From an uncultured Christensenellaceae bacterium (GTDB lineage: Bacteria > Bacillota > Clostridia > Christensenellales > Borkfalkiaceae), in NCBI GenBank assembly GCA_910588685.1, contig CAJUPX010000005.1, positions 28,544 to 92,543 on the forward strand: a stretch of DNA of 64,000 nucleotides, given 5' to 3'. Both the position numbers and the translations under genes were made by a program. Each line of letters starts with the position of its first letter. The stretch's first letter is position 1. The notes under the pieces are model-generated. The model had not been told where the DNA came from, searched no databases, and saw only the letters and a list, made by a program, of their open reading frames with translations. This document shows, in pieces, positions 56,775-64,000 of this stretch.

Positions 56775-57389
56775 TTAAATCCAACTTACCGATGTTTTGC
56801 CGTGATAGCCTTTCTCCCAGACAAACCAAGCAAAGGCAACGGCAGAGCCGCCGCTCGCTCTCATACCGTCAAAATCGGCGTTCTTAGCGCAAAGCACTCT
56901 CTCCGAAAATGCGTATATGTGCTTAGGCGGATAATTCTTGAAAAGTTTATTGTATCTCGCCTTACCCTCTAAAAAAGTGAGCTTTAAGAACATATAACAC
57001 TTGCTACCGACGCTCAGCAGGTCTAAGGCTTTAAGCACAAACTCTGTCGCAATTTTATAGGGCGGATTTGTGATTATATCTCCCTTGCCGTCCTCAAAAG
57101 GCGTTGATGTTGCGGTCAGGAAATCGCCAAGCTCGCACATATAGCCTCTATCCACAATATCGCTTGCATAAACCGTGTGTCCGAGAAATTTCAGCCGTTC
57201 TGCCAGATGTCCGCCGCCGACAGCAGGCTCCCACACGCACAGAGACGGCGTTTCCACCGTCAAGAGCTTATCTATTGCCACAGGGTCTGTCGCATAGTAG
57301 TCGTCCTGCTCTCGTTCCTTGTCGGTATGGTTGCTGGCTCCGAGCGTAATAAATATTGAGCCACTGTCCTTTTTCCAAGTCTTTGCCAT
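56775..57389 (-). CDS. Phage DNA N6-adenine methyltransferase
   Basis: SAM motif EPAVGGGH and catalytic IITNPPYK. Confidence 0.8.
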   Translation of the reverse strand: MAKTWKKDSGSIFITLGASNHTDKEREQDDYYATDPVAIDKLLTVETPSLCVWEPAVGGGHLAERLKFLGHTVYASDIVDRGYMCELGDFLTATSTPFEDGKGDIITNPPYKIATEFVLKALDLLSVGSKCYMFLKLTFLEGKARYNKLFKNYPPKHIYAFSERVLCAKNADFDGMRASGGSAVAFAWFVWEKGYHGKTSVSWI

Positions 57390-57450
57390 AAATCACCTGT
57401 TTAGATATTTGCGAGTAGAGAGTAGCACTCCCTACTCGCAAACCTTGTCT

Positions 57451-57730
57451 TTATCCGAGAATAACGACATTTCCTGCCGCAATCTCGCTCGTAAAAGCCT
57501 TTTCAAAGAAAGCTCTTATGTTTGCCTTTGCTTTGATTTTCCAAGCTCCGCCGTCAGCCTCGTAAAGAGTGAAAGTCGTCCTATCGCTCAATCTGAACAA
57601 AAACTCCGATTCGGGCTGTTCTACCTCAATAAAGGTACGGAACGGCGCAAGTTTATAGATGGGCGAAACTTTGACATTTTGAGCAAGCTGCGCCCCCTGC
57701 TTTGTAACGACCTGTTGCCTGATTAATTGT
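57451..57730 (-). pseudogene. C-terminal fragment of a phage early protein (DUF2303/YfdQ-like?), 5'-truncated
   Basis: The minus-strand frame is open from 57730 to the TAA at 57451-57453 (…PIYKLAPFRTFIEVEQPESEFLFRLSDRTTFTLYEADGGAWKIKAK…). It has no start codon and abuts the stop of the 825-aa ORF. Confidence 0.4.
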
Positions 57731-60208
57731 TTACATCCAGTTGGGTTTAAGAATAACGTTTTCCGTACCGGTATAGTCGTAATAACGCGTAGCGCCGGAC
57801 TTGGAATAGCCGAAGTTTATGCCGTTTTCCTCTTTATTTTTTTCTTCGTTGTCGTTAAACCTTATAAGACTTGCGTTTATACCCGTCTGCTCGGCTACGA
57901 GAGTACCGTAATTATACAGATAAAATTTCAAATTGCGCATAAGCGGATCGATAGCGCCTATTCCGCGCAAGTGTCTGTTTGTCTGCGTCATTACGTTATA
58001 CGTGCCGTAATACATAAAGATATTCGAGTTGAAATTCGCTACTCCGTTAATGCTGTAACCCGCGTTTTTTATTGTTTCGGCGGGCAGAATAGAGTTCATA
58101 GCAACGGTAAACAGGTTTGCCCAGCACTTTATCAGCCCCCGCCTCTGCGCATCCGAGTTATACCCCAGAGCAGTCAGCTCGGAATCCGTATAAGCGCCGA
58201 GATAGACGTTTGCAAACTCGTACACGTTTATTCCGTCCTGGCTGCCTTCGTTTCCGAACGAGCCGGAATATATTTTAACCGTGGCGTTTGCCTGCCCCAT
58301 CTGACCGCGGACGAACAGACCGCCGTTGCGCCCGTCGAACGTTCCGCCGTAGATATTGACGTTTGCAGAACCCGTAACCTGCACGCCGTAATGGCTTGCC
58401 GGACCGGACGCCGTTATCTGCGGCGAACCGCTGCCGTGGTTAAGATTTCCGCGGAACTCCCCGTCCCTGATGTTAATAACCGAATCGCGCGTTTCGTTTT
58501 GCGACGCAGCAGCGTCGCTTGTAGCAGTTACCGCATTGCCGTATTCGGCTGTGAAAGTGCCGTAATTTACGGTTATGTCGCCCGCGCGCGAAACTATCGC
58601 CGCGCCGCCGCTCAGATTAGGATAAAAACTCCACCCGCCGTAAATTCCGGGTTTTTCCTTATGATGTTCGGCAACGTAAACAAGCTCGCCGTAATGCGCC
58701 CTGCCGCGCGTTTCGATTTTTATTTTGCCGTCGCGGTCTTCCGAAACGTCGTTTTCGTCGCCGAGCACAATCGAACCGCCCTGAACCTTAACGCCGCCTC
58801 CCACCGAGGATACTATGTTGCAGCGGTTAATCCTTATATCCCCGCCGAAACAGGCAACGGCAAAGCTTTTAATTACGAAATTATCAAAATAAACGGTATC
58901 TCCGCTCGCCGCGGTGTCGTACAGGTTATAGTCGTTGTAGAGTCCGCGGAAATTGAGGTTTAACTGACCGTAGCAGTTGAACTCTCCGCCCTCCACTCTT
59001 ATTGCGTTGTTATTTTCGTACACGCCCGTAAAGGTATATTCACCGGTCAGAGGATTTCGCTCCCTCTGCCAGGGTACGTATACCGAATACTGGTGCTCGG
59101 CGGCAGCAGCAGCCAACGCGCTGTTTGCCACGTTGCACGAAGCTTCTTTACCGCTGAAATCGAACTGCGCATCGCCGGAAACTCCATTGCTGCGCCTGTT
59201 GAGTTCGCAGTTTACGTTGTAGCTCGCGCCGCTGTTTTCAAACGTTAAATTACCGGCATTTACGCCTATCGCCGTTGCGTTGTACGAATTGATTTCCGCG
59301 CCGCCCGTAAAAGTAAGACTGCCGCCGTTTACCGCAACGCCCATACCCTGGGAATTGATTACCGCGTTGCCGACCGTTACCTTTCCGCCGGGTTTTATGC
59401 CGTTCGCGTCGTCGCGCACAGAGTTGAGATATACTCCAACGGACGTGGCTCTTCCTCTGTACGCGCTTACCGTTCCGTCGGGATTTGTTATCGTAATATT
59501 GCCCATACCCTCAGGGTCTTCGCCGACGTAGGTTTTGAATTCGAGATCCCTCGAGCCTGCAACATAACCGCTTTTTGCAATGTTTACGGTTGTGGAGTCG
59601 AGCTTTAAATTAACTGCGTCGCCCACCCCGCCTTCGGTTGAGGGCGCCGTTCCCATATTGACGGCGTAAACGCCGAAGCTGTTGGAACCGCTCGTTATGG
59701 TTATATCGCCGCGGACTATATCTATATTTCCGCGCGTTGCGTATATACCGTACGAATCGGAGCCGTGTATAATAAAATCGGTATCCAAACAGTCCAAATC
59801 GGTCTGGATTACTTCTTCGGAATTTGTACCCCTCGCAAGTATGCCGTAGGTGGTTTTTCCGTCGGTGCCGGAAATAAGCTCTTTTTCAACCGTAAAAATA
59901 CTGTCCGTTACTCTGACCTTGCCGCCGCGCATAAATATTGCCGCATCCATCGCCGACTTGTCTATCGATTCGTCGTCGAGCGGTCTGGGGTCGTCCGTAT
60001 GCGACAGCGTCGCTTTTTTGTGGAAATTTGCACCCGCAACCGAAAGCGTACCGCCGCGCATTGCTATTATGCTGCCGTTATAGGAAGTAGCCGAGCCGAG
60101 CTTTTTTATGTCCACCACAGGAGGCGTATCCGAACACTGGGAGCTGTTTGTATGCAGTACAGGGTTCGTCGCCTCAATTCCTCTGTACGGCGCATAGCCG
60201 TCAGACAA
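57731..60208 (-). CDS. Large Gly/Asn/Thr-rich repeat protein (beta-helix-like), probably 5'-truncated
   Basis: 825-aa ORF. The only start is a TTG placed directly on the T-tract of the upstream terminator, with no RBS or signal peptide. Its composition is unlike the flanking phage DNA. Confidence 0.4.
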   Translation of the reverse strand: MSDGYAPYRGIEATNPVLHTNSSQCSDTPPVVDIKKLGSATSYNGSIIAMRGGTLSVAGANFHKKATLSHTDDPRPLDDESIDKSAMDAAIFMRGGKVRVTDSIFTVEKELISGTDGKTTYGILARGTNSEEVIQTDLDCLDTDFIIHGSDSYGIYATRGNIDIVRGDITITSGSNSFGVYAVNMGTAPSTEGGVGDAVNLKLDSTTVNIAKSGYVAGSRDLEFKTYVGEDPEGMGNITITNPDGTVSAYRGRATSVGVYLNSVRDDANGIKPGGKVTVGNAVINSQGMGVAVNGGSLTFTGGAEINSYNATAIGVNAGNLTFENSGASYNVNCELNRRSNGVSGDAQFDFSGKEASCNVANSALAAAAAEHQYSVYVPWQRERNPLTGEYTFTGVYENNNAIRVEGGEFNCYGQLNLNFRGLYNDYNLYDTAASGDTVYFDNFVIKSFAVACFGGDIRINRCNIVSSVGGGVKVQGGSIVLGDENDVSEDRDGKIKIETRGRAHYGELVYVAEHHKEKPGIYGGWSFYPNLSGGAAIVSRAGDITVNYGTFTAEYGNAVTATSDAAASQNETRDSVINIRDGEFRGNLNHGSGSPQITASGPASHYGVQVTGSANVNIYGGTFDGRNGGLFVRGQMGQANATVKIYSGSFGNEGSQDGINVYEFANVYLGAYTDSELTALGYNSDAQRRGLIKCWANLFTVAMNSILPAETIKNAGYSINGVANFNSNIFMYYGTYNVMTQTNRHLRGIGAIDPLMRNLKFYLYNYGTLVAEQTGINASLIRFNDNEEKNKEENGINFGYSKSGATRYYDYTGTENVILKPNWM

Positions 60209-60218
60209 AAAAGAAAAA

Positions 60219-60252
60219 GCCCGCAGGACGGCGTGTTTGACCGTCTGCGGGC
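60219..60252 (-). terminator. Rho-independent terminator after the lysis-like module
   Basis: GCCCGCAGACGG-N9-CCGTCCTGCGGGC on the minus strand, followed by TTTTTCTTTTTT. Confidence 0.7.
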
Positions 60253-60260
60253 TTTTATTG

Positions 60261-60719
60261 TTATTCGTTTACTTGGTCGCTGTCATTGCTTTCAGGCGTT
60301 GTGGCGCCTTTTTCGGCGGTTTCCGTGGGTGTTTTGTCTGCTTCCGGCGTTTCAGTGATCTGTTCGGCGGTGGGTTTCTTAATTTTCGAGAACATGGCAT
60401 CGAACGCTTTGCTCAATAAATCACCGAGAGGCGTCGCCTTAATTGTTGCGTATATTGCCTGATCCAGAGTGAAGATAGCACCAGCGAGGGCGAAGTAATA
60501 CTCGGCCGCGAATTGCTTCGTCGCCAGCAAGTAGATGGCGGCAGCTATGAGTGAGAAGCCGACCGCGATCGCCAGATAGATCCAGTGGCGCACATTTTCC
60601 TCGAGCTTGCTGAATACGTTGCCGTATTTCAGGATGCAGAGCAGAACGACGCCAGCGAGCGCTATGCCGGCAAGCGGCAGGCCGTATGTTTTTATGAAGT
60701 CGATGATCAATTCTTCCAT
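60261..60719 (-). CDS. Membrane protein (holin-like position)
   Basis: Three hydrophobic spans with an acidic/Thr-Pro tail. It is the last gene before the terminator. Confidence 0.35.
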   Translation of the reverse strand: MEELIIDFIKTYGLPLAGIALAGVVLLCILKYGNVFSKLEENVRHWIYLAIAVGFSLIAAAIYLLATKQFAAEYYFALAGAIFTLDQAIYATIKATPLGDLLSKAFDAMFSKIKKPTAEQITETPEADKTPTETAEKGATTPESNDSDQVNE

Positions 60720-60731
60720 GGGGTTGTCTCC

Positions 60732-61139
60732 TTATTTTTTAGATTTTTTTGTGTGAACTGGCCCGTCGCTATAAATTGCATTGATGCCTTGTTCTATGAG
60801 GAAGTCCTTTTGCTCGTGTTTGACTGTTTGCGCGTATTCAAGCGCAGCATGCATGTCGCCGTTGCAGTGAGCGTCTGGTATTCGCTGCACTGCCCGAGCC
60901 GTTGCTTCCCCGAGGGCGATCGCGGCGTTAATTCCTTTGATAGCGATGAGCTCGTTTTTCTGGCGAGCTTCTTCGCGCTGTGCTTCAAGTTCCTCTCGTT
61001 TCGCTTCCTTTGCGGCCTGCTCAGCATCGCGGGCCGAGATTTTGCGCTGTAAACGCCAGAAGAAGAATCCGACGGCGGCGCTGATAATAGCCGAAGGTAA
61101 GCCGATCGCGAGAAGGAACTGCCAGACTGTTATTGTCAT
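60732..61139 (-). CDS. N-terminally membrane-anchored coiled-coil protein
   Basis: One TM helix followed by a charged helix, AEQAAKEAKREELEAQREEARQK. Confidence 0.35.
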   Translation of the reverse strand: MTITVWQFLLAIGLPSAIISAAVGFFFWRLQRKISARDAEQAAKEAKREELEAQREEARQKNELIAIKGINAAIALGEATARAVQRIPDAHCNGDMHAALEYAQTVKHEQKDFLIEQGINAIYSDGPVHTKKSKK

Positions 61140-61345
61140 TTCTTAGTCTCTCCTTGTTGCGAAAATTGAACAGCAGGGGTGGCCGTTGTCCCGAGGGTCT
61201 CGTTGAACTTCGTCTGCGCGGCAGCGATCCGCTCGGCGAGGTCGACGTCGTCCCTCTCGTTGAGACGTAGAGCCATGTCCCTGATGATGGCGTTCTGGGT
61301 TTCCACCAGTTCGCACAATGTCAAAATGAGTTGCGTGTTGTCCAT
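61136..61345 (-). CDS. Hypothetical small protein
   Basis: 69-aa ORF with start/stop overlaps with its neighbours. Confidence 0.35.
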   Translation of the reverse strand: MDNTQLILTLCELVETQNAIIRDMALRLNERDDVDLAERIAAAQTKFNETLGTTATPAVQFSQQGETKK

Positions 61346-61359
61346 CTTGAGCCTCCGCC

Positions 61360-61545
61360 TTATTCGGTCGCGAGTGGCTCGCCGATGAACTGCTCGTACT
61401 GATCCGCGTTGATCACGCCGTTCGCAACGTCCTCGGCGGCGATAGCCTTGACGTCGTTCTGAAGCTCGACAGGAACGGAAGCGAAGGCGCGGACGCCGCG
61501 CTGTATGCTGCGCCAGTAGCTGTAGGCGATAGTCTTGACTGCCAT
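61360..61545 (-). CDS. XkdX-like small phage protein
   Basis: 61 aa ending in the pattern ...VANGVINADQYEQFIGEPL, reminiscent of XkdX-family proteins that follow tail-fibre genes. Confidence 0.35.
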   Translation of the reverse strand: MAVKTIAYSYWRSIQRGVRAFASVPVELQNDVKAIAAEDVANGVINADQYEQFIGEPLATE

Positions 61546-61549
61546 CTTT

Positions 61550-61906
61550 TTAACCTCCTATAAGTTGTTCGTAGATTTCGATGAGCGCCTCGTCCTGTTG
61601 AGCTAAGCGCTCATAGAGGGCGATCGCGTTCTCGTCTGCCTGTTGGAGTTCCTCGGCCTGCCGCGCGGTTGTTGCGCGAAGTTCCGAGACTTCACGCCCG
61701 GCATCGGTCTCAATAATGAGAACGGCCTCGGCGCCCTCGATCTCGTTTTTGCCGGCGAGGTTATAGGGCGAACTATTGAAGGCGATGCCGACAGCTTCGT
61801 CTTTCGTTGCTTCGACAAATGTGCCCTCGGGGCTTCTTTTAATAAAACGGACGGAGTCGGTGAATCCGAGCTCCGTCCCGCTGGTTGTGATAATCTTGAA
61901 CATCAT
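61550..61906 (-). CDS. Hypothetical phage protein (XkdW-like position)
   Basis: 118-aa ORF. Context only. Confidence 0.35.
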   Translation of the reverse strand: MMFKIITTSGTELGFTDSVRFIKRSPEGTFVEATKDEAVGIAFNSSPYNLAGKNEIEGAEAVLIIETDAGREVSELRATTARQAEELQQADENAIALYERLAQQDEALIEIYEQLIGG

Positions 61907-62313
61907 GCACCTCCTTCGATGACTTTGAGAATATAGCGTAGCGTTGGTATGTCAGCATTAAAAAAAGCGTGATTCCATTGCCAGTGCTCAGGATGCTCAC
62001 GCATTTTATAAGGCTTCAGTTTTTCGTCGTTCCAGATTCGGCCCCACGCTTGGACGCGCTTCGCTTCGTCTTTCGGGTTAAATTGCGGCTGTAGGCGTTT
62101 CTGGATCTCCTGCGTTAGTTTCCCGCGTTCGATTCCGTTCCCGTCGTCGTTTCTTGCTAAATACTGGTGAGCGTTCTCACTCGTTACGAAAAAAAGCGGT
62201 TTCCCGTCTTTTTCGAGGATCTCACCGTTCAGGGTACAGATTGTACCGAACGGGAGGTTGACGGCGCCGCTCAAACATTTACAGCGAAGTCGTCTGTGAA
62301 CCACATATTGCAT
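61903..62313 (-). CDS. Hypothetical protein downstream of RT-2
   Basis: 136-aa ORF overlapping the RT-2 3' end by 43 nt. Confidence 0.4.
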   Translation of the reverse strand: MQYVVHRRLRCKCLSGAVNLPFGTICTLNGEILEKDGKPLFFVTSENAHQYLARNDDGNGIERGKLTQEIQKRLQPQFNPKDEAKRVQAWGRIWNDEKLKPYKMREHPEHWQWNHAFFNADIPTLRYILKVIEGGA

Positions 62314-63470
62314 GGCTGAGTGTCCTCCTTAAAATTTTGATTATACTCGGCAGAGAAGCCGAACAGGGCGAAAAACAGACGCCGCAGCCGTAAGACGCGG
62401 TTGTGGTCGTTGTAATTCTCGAAGTAGGCAAGGGTGCTTTGTGTCCCCATGCGTAGGTTTTCGAGCGTCATCTCTTTGCGCTCGATTTTTCCTTTGTAAG
62501 CCTTGAATTTTCTGCGGGCTCTTTTAACGCTCTCGCGATTGCCGTTCATAACGACGCGACCCGTCTCGGTGAGCGTGAACTTTGCTTTGCAAAATTTGAA
62601 CGACTTCGTCAGGGCTCGGATCTGTGTCTTTTTCAGGTTTACCGTAAGCCCGATCTCGTTAGCCTTTGCCGTTACCTTCTCGAGAATAGTGCGCGGATCT
62701 ATGTCTGGAGGTAGGATCAGGTAGTAGTCGTCCATGTAGTGGCCCGCGCATTTGATTCCGAGCTGGCATTTGATAAAATTATCAACCGGGGAGGGTATAC
62801 CGACCATCTCCATCTGACTGACTTCCACACCGAGCGGCAGACCGCGATCGCCCGGCATTGTTCGGACGATTTGGTCGGCGATCGCTTTAATATTCGAATG
62901 TTTCAGAAGGCGCTCGTGTCGTTTGTATACGGTCTCATGCGGGACTGAAGGGAAGAATTTTTTGAAGTCCATCAAAATGACGGACCCCTCGCGGCCGTAC
63001 CGCCTGAAGTGCCACCGCAGGTCGTCGCATAGTCCATGGAGCGTAAAATGGAAGCCTTTGCCCGGTAGGCTGGCTCCGTTCTTGTGGATCATGTCCGGCA
63101 AATACAAGGGCAGAAGCGCGCCGCGCGTGAGCGTTTTGTGGACCTGCCTGTCTTGTATTTTCGGAGCATCAATAGGGCGCACTTTTCCGCGTTCGCGGAG
63201 GGTGAAGCTGACATACTTCCCGGGCGTCCATTTTTTCTCGAACAGCTGTCGCCGGCGTTTCGCCGTTTCAGAGAACAGGTGCAGCTCGAAGCGCTGGGTG
63301 CTATTTTTCCAGCGGACCCCGTTGCAGCATTTTTTTCCTGCTTTGTACATGGCGTTGTATGTAAAAACGCGAGCTAATCCACCGACCGCTCGGGCGCGTT
63401 CGATTTTGCGTTGCTCGCGTTTTGCTTTTCGCCTTTGGTACCTTGCTTCGTGCCGTTCGTGGCTTGTCAT
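62271..63470 (-). CDS. DGR-type reverse transcriptase (DGR-2)
   Basis: CCNGVRWKNSTQRF, RERGKVRPIDAPKIQDRQVHK, ILMDFKKFFPS, LPLGVEVSQ (LGxxxSQ) and HYMDDYYL (YxDD) motifs. Start at MTSHER (ATG 63468-63470, RBS GAGGAG). Confidence 0.85.
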   Translation of the reverse strand: MTSHERHEARYQRRKAKREQRKIERARAVGGLARVFTYNAMYKAGKKCCNGVRWKNSTQRFELHLFSETAKRRRQLFEKKWTPGKYVSFTLRERGKVRPIDAPKIQDRQVHKTLTRGALLPLYLPDMIHKNGASLPGKGFHFTLHGLCDDLRWHFRRYGREGSVILMDFKKFFPSVPHETVYKRHERLLKHSNIKAIADQIVRTMPGDRGLPLGVEVSQMEMVGIPSPVDNFIKCQLGIKCAGHYMDDYYLILPPDIDPRTILEKVTAKANEIGLTVNLKKTQIRALTKSFKFCKAKFTLTETGRVVMNGNRESVKRARRKFKAYKGKIERKEMTLENLRMGTQSTLAYFENYNDHNRVLRLRRLFFALFGFSAEYNQNFKEDTQPCNMWFTDDFAVNV

Positions 63471-63699
63471 GAGTATTCGCTCCTCGCGCGGCTGTGGTGT
63501 CGGGTGCGTTCTAAGCCGCTTTGACCGTACACATGAAACGGGGGATCGCACGTTGCCCCGCCATGCAAGAAGCGTCCGTGCACGGTCGTCAAAAAGCTAT
63601 TTTGGAATATTCCGGGAAGCATCTCTCCTTTCGCATTGGTCTGATTCACTTGAAGCTACTACCTTTGACCTACTCCTTTTGAGAGTTTGCGAAATCCGG

Positions 63700-63810
63700 C
63701 GCGAGCGCGCGCGAGTTATTTGCATTGTTGTTGGAAGCCGACCCGCCGCTCGACCCGACGCCGCAGAAGTTATTGTTGTTATTGTAATTAGGCGACCGGG
63801 CAAAAGCGAA
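63700..63810 (-). repeat. Candidate DGR-2 template repeat (boundaries approximate; cognate VR not in window)
   Basis: The minus strand reads AAT TAC AAT AAC AAC AAT AAC TTC TGC GGC GTC GGG TCG AGC GGC GGG TCG GCT TCC AAC AAC AAT GCA AAT AAC. That is 11 AAY codons out of 25, non-coding, about 230 nt upstream of RT-2. Confidence 0.55.
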
Positions 63811-63849
63811 AGCCGACGGGCGAATATTCAGAGATGCACCCAAAAGATC

Positions 63850-64000
63850 TCACTCTTTTCTATTTTGTTTGTCCGACTTTAACACGCCTGTCAGTAGGGT
63901 GTTTTCTTTGTCTATAAGCTCTCCTATGGCTTGCGCCATTTTATCAAGTCGAGTGATCGCGTCGGACTTCGCGACCGATTTTCCTGAAGCCGTTTCAAAA
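63850..64000 (-). CDS. C-terminal fragment of an ORF ending just upstream of TR-2 (possible Avd-like accessory protein)
   Basis: Own translation: ...ETASGKSVAKSDAITRLDKMAQAIGELIDKENTLLTGVLKSDKQNRKE-stop (TGA at 63850-63852). Helical character and position between the expected VR and TR. Confidence 0.3.
   Translation of the reverse strand, partial: FETASGKSVAKSDAITRLDKMAQAIGELIDKENTLLTGVLKSDKQNRKE

Larger units (their letters stand above)
44400..57730 (-). mobile_element. Defective prophage remnant 1 (replication/early genes, terS-terL, truncated portal, DGR-1, membrane-protein genes)
   Basis: Gene content listed below. No capsid, tail, integrase or lysin genes. Both ends are truncated ORFs or an IS. 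Confidence 0.65.
60209..64000 (-). mobile_element. Phage remnant 2 (DGR-2, XkdX-like gene, membrane proteins); continues beyond window end
   Basis: Gene content listed below. GC-richer than remnant 1. Confidence 0.5.

Noticed and set aside
57319-57726. 135-aa plus-strand ORF between the N6-methyltransferase and the 825-aa ORF
   Set aside because: The minus-strand frame gives a more protein-like sequence that fits the phage early-gene context. The plus ORF has no RBS and opposes all its neighbours.
60553-60575. 10-nt match (GAAGCCGACC) to the TR-2 candidate, considered as a possible VR-2
   Set aside because: The identity does not extend beyond about 10 nt, and it lies in the middle of a membrane-protein gene. 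It is a chance match.
63597-63803. 68-aa ORF across the TR-2 candidate
   Set aside because: It reads the Asn-codon-rich segment in a different frame and has no RBS. It is interpreted as non-coding TR/spacer RNA.

Overview
This is a Firmicutes/Clostridia-like chromosomal segment with most genes on the minus strand. All calls come from motif recognition and manual translation; no searches were run.

The core is a complete S10-spc-alpha ribosomal-protein superoperon (rpsJ to rplQ, about 16.6-34.0 kb), including secY, adk, map, infA, rpmJ and rpoA. A consensus SigA-type promoter sits at 34223-34251.

Flanking housekeeping and accessory genes:
- tcdA-like ThiF-family gene
- perR-rubrerythrin pair with a perfect PerR box
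- TetR regulator and a GT4 glycosyltransferase
- RHS gene remnant
- nadB-nadC-niaR
- cls and ppa
- an ArsR-controlled metal operon (HMA chaperone, ZIP transporter, P1B-type ATPase)

Three mobile regions are present:
- 1 to about 5590: a plasmid- or phage-like module with ParA, an RHH protein, a recurring 21-27 bp palindrome and an XRE switch.
- 43171-44393: an IS481-like element.
- About 44.4-64 kb: two juxtaposed phage remnants, each carrying a diversity-generating retroelement (DGR).

DGR-1 is complete and verifiable in the sequence. The RT is at 47410-48507, the TR at 48625-48733 and the VR at 48826-48934. The TR and VR differ at 17 positions, all at TR adenines. Its target ORF looks like a phage portal N-terminus fused to a variable lectin-like C-terminus. 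DGR-2 (RT 62271-63470 plus an Asn-codon-rich TR-like segment) is cut by the window end, and no VR for it is visible.

Other notable points:
- A family of about 120-nt long-hairpin repeats is inserted, always in the same orientation, just downstream of stop codons in four spacers of the r-protein operon.
- L5 and L24 carry unusual Lys/Ala/Pro-rich extensions, and L24 also has a Cys4 motif.
- A phage C5-methyltransferase gene is split at a poly-C(8) tract.
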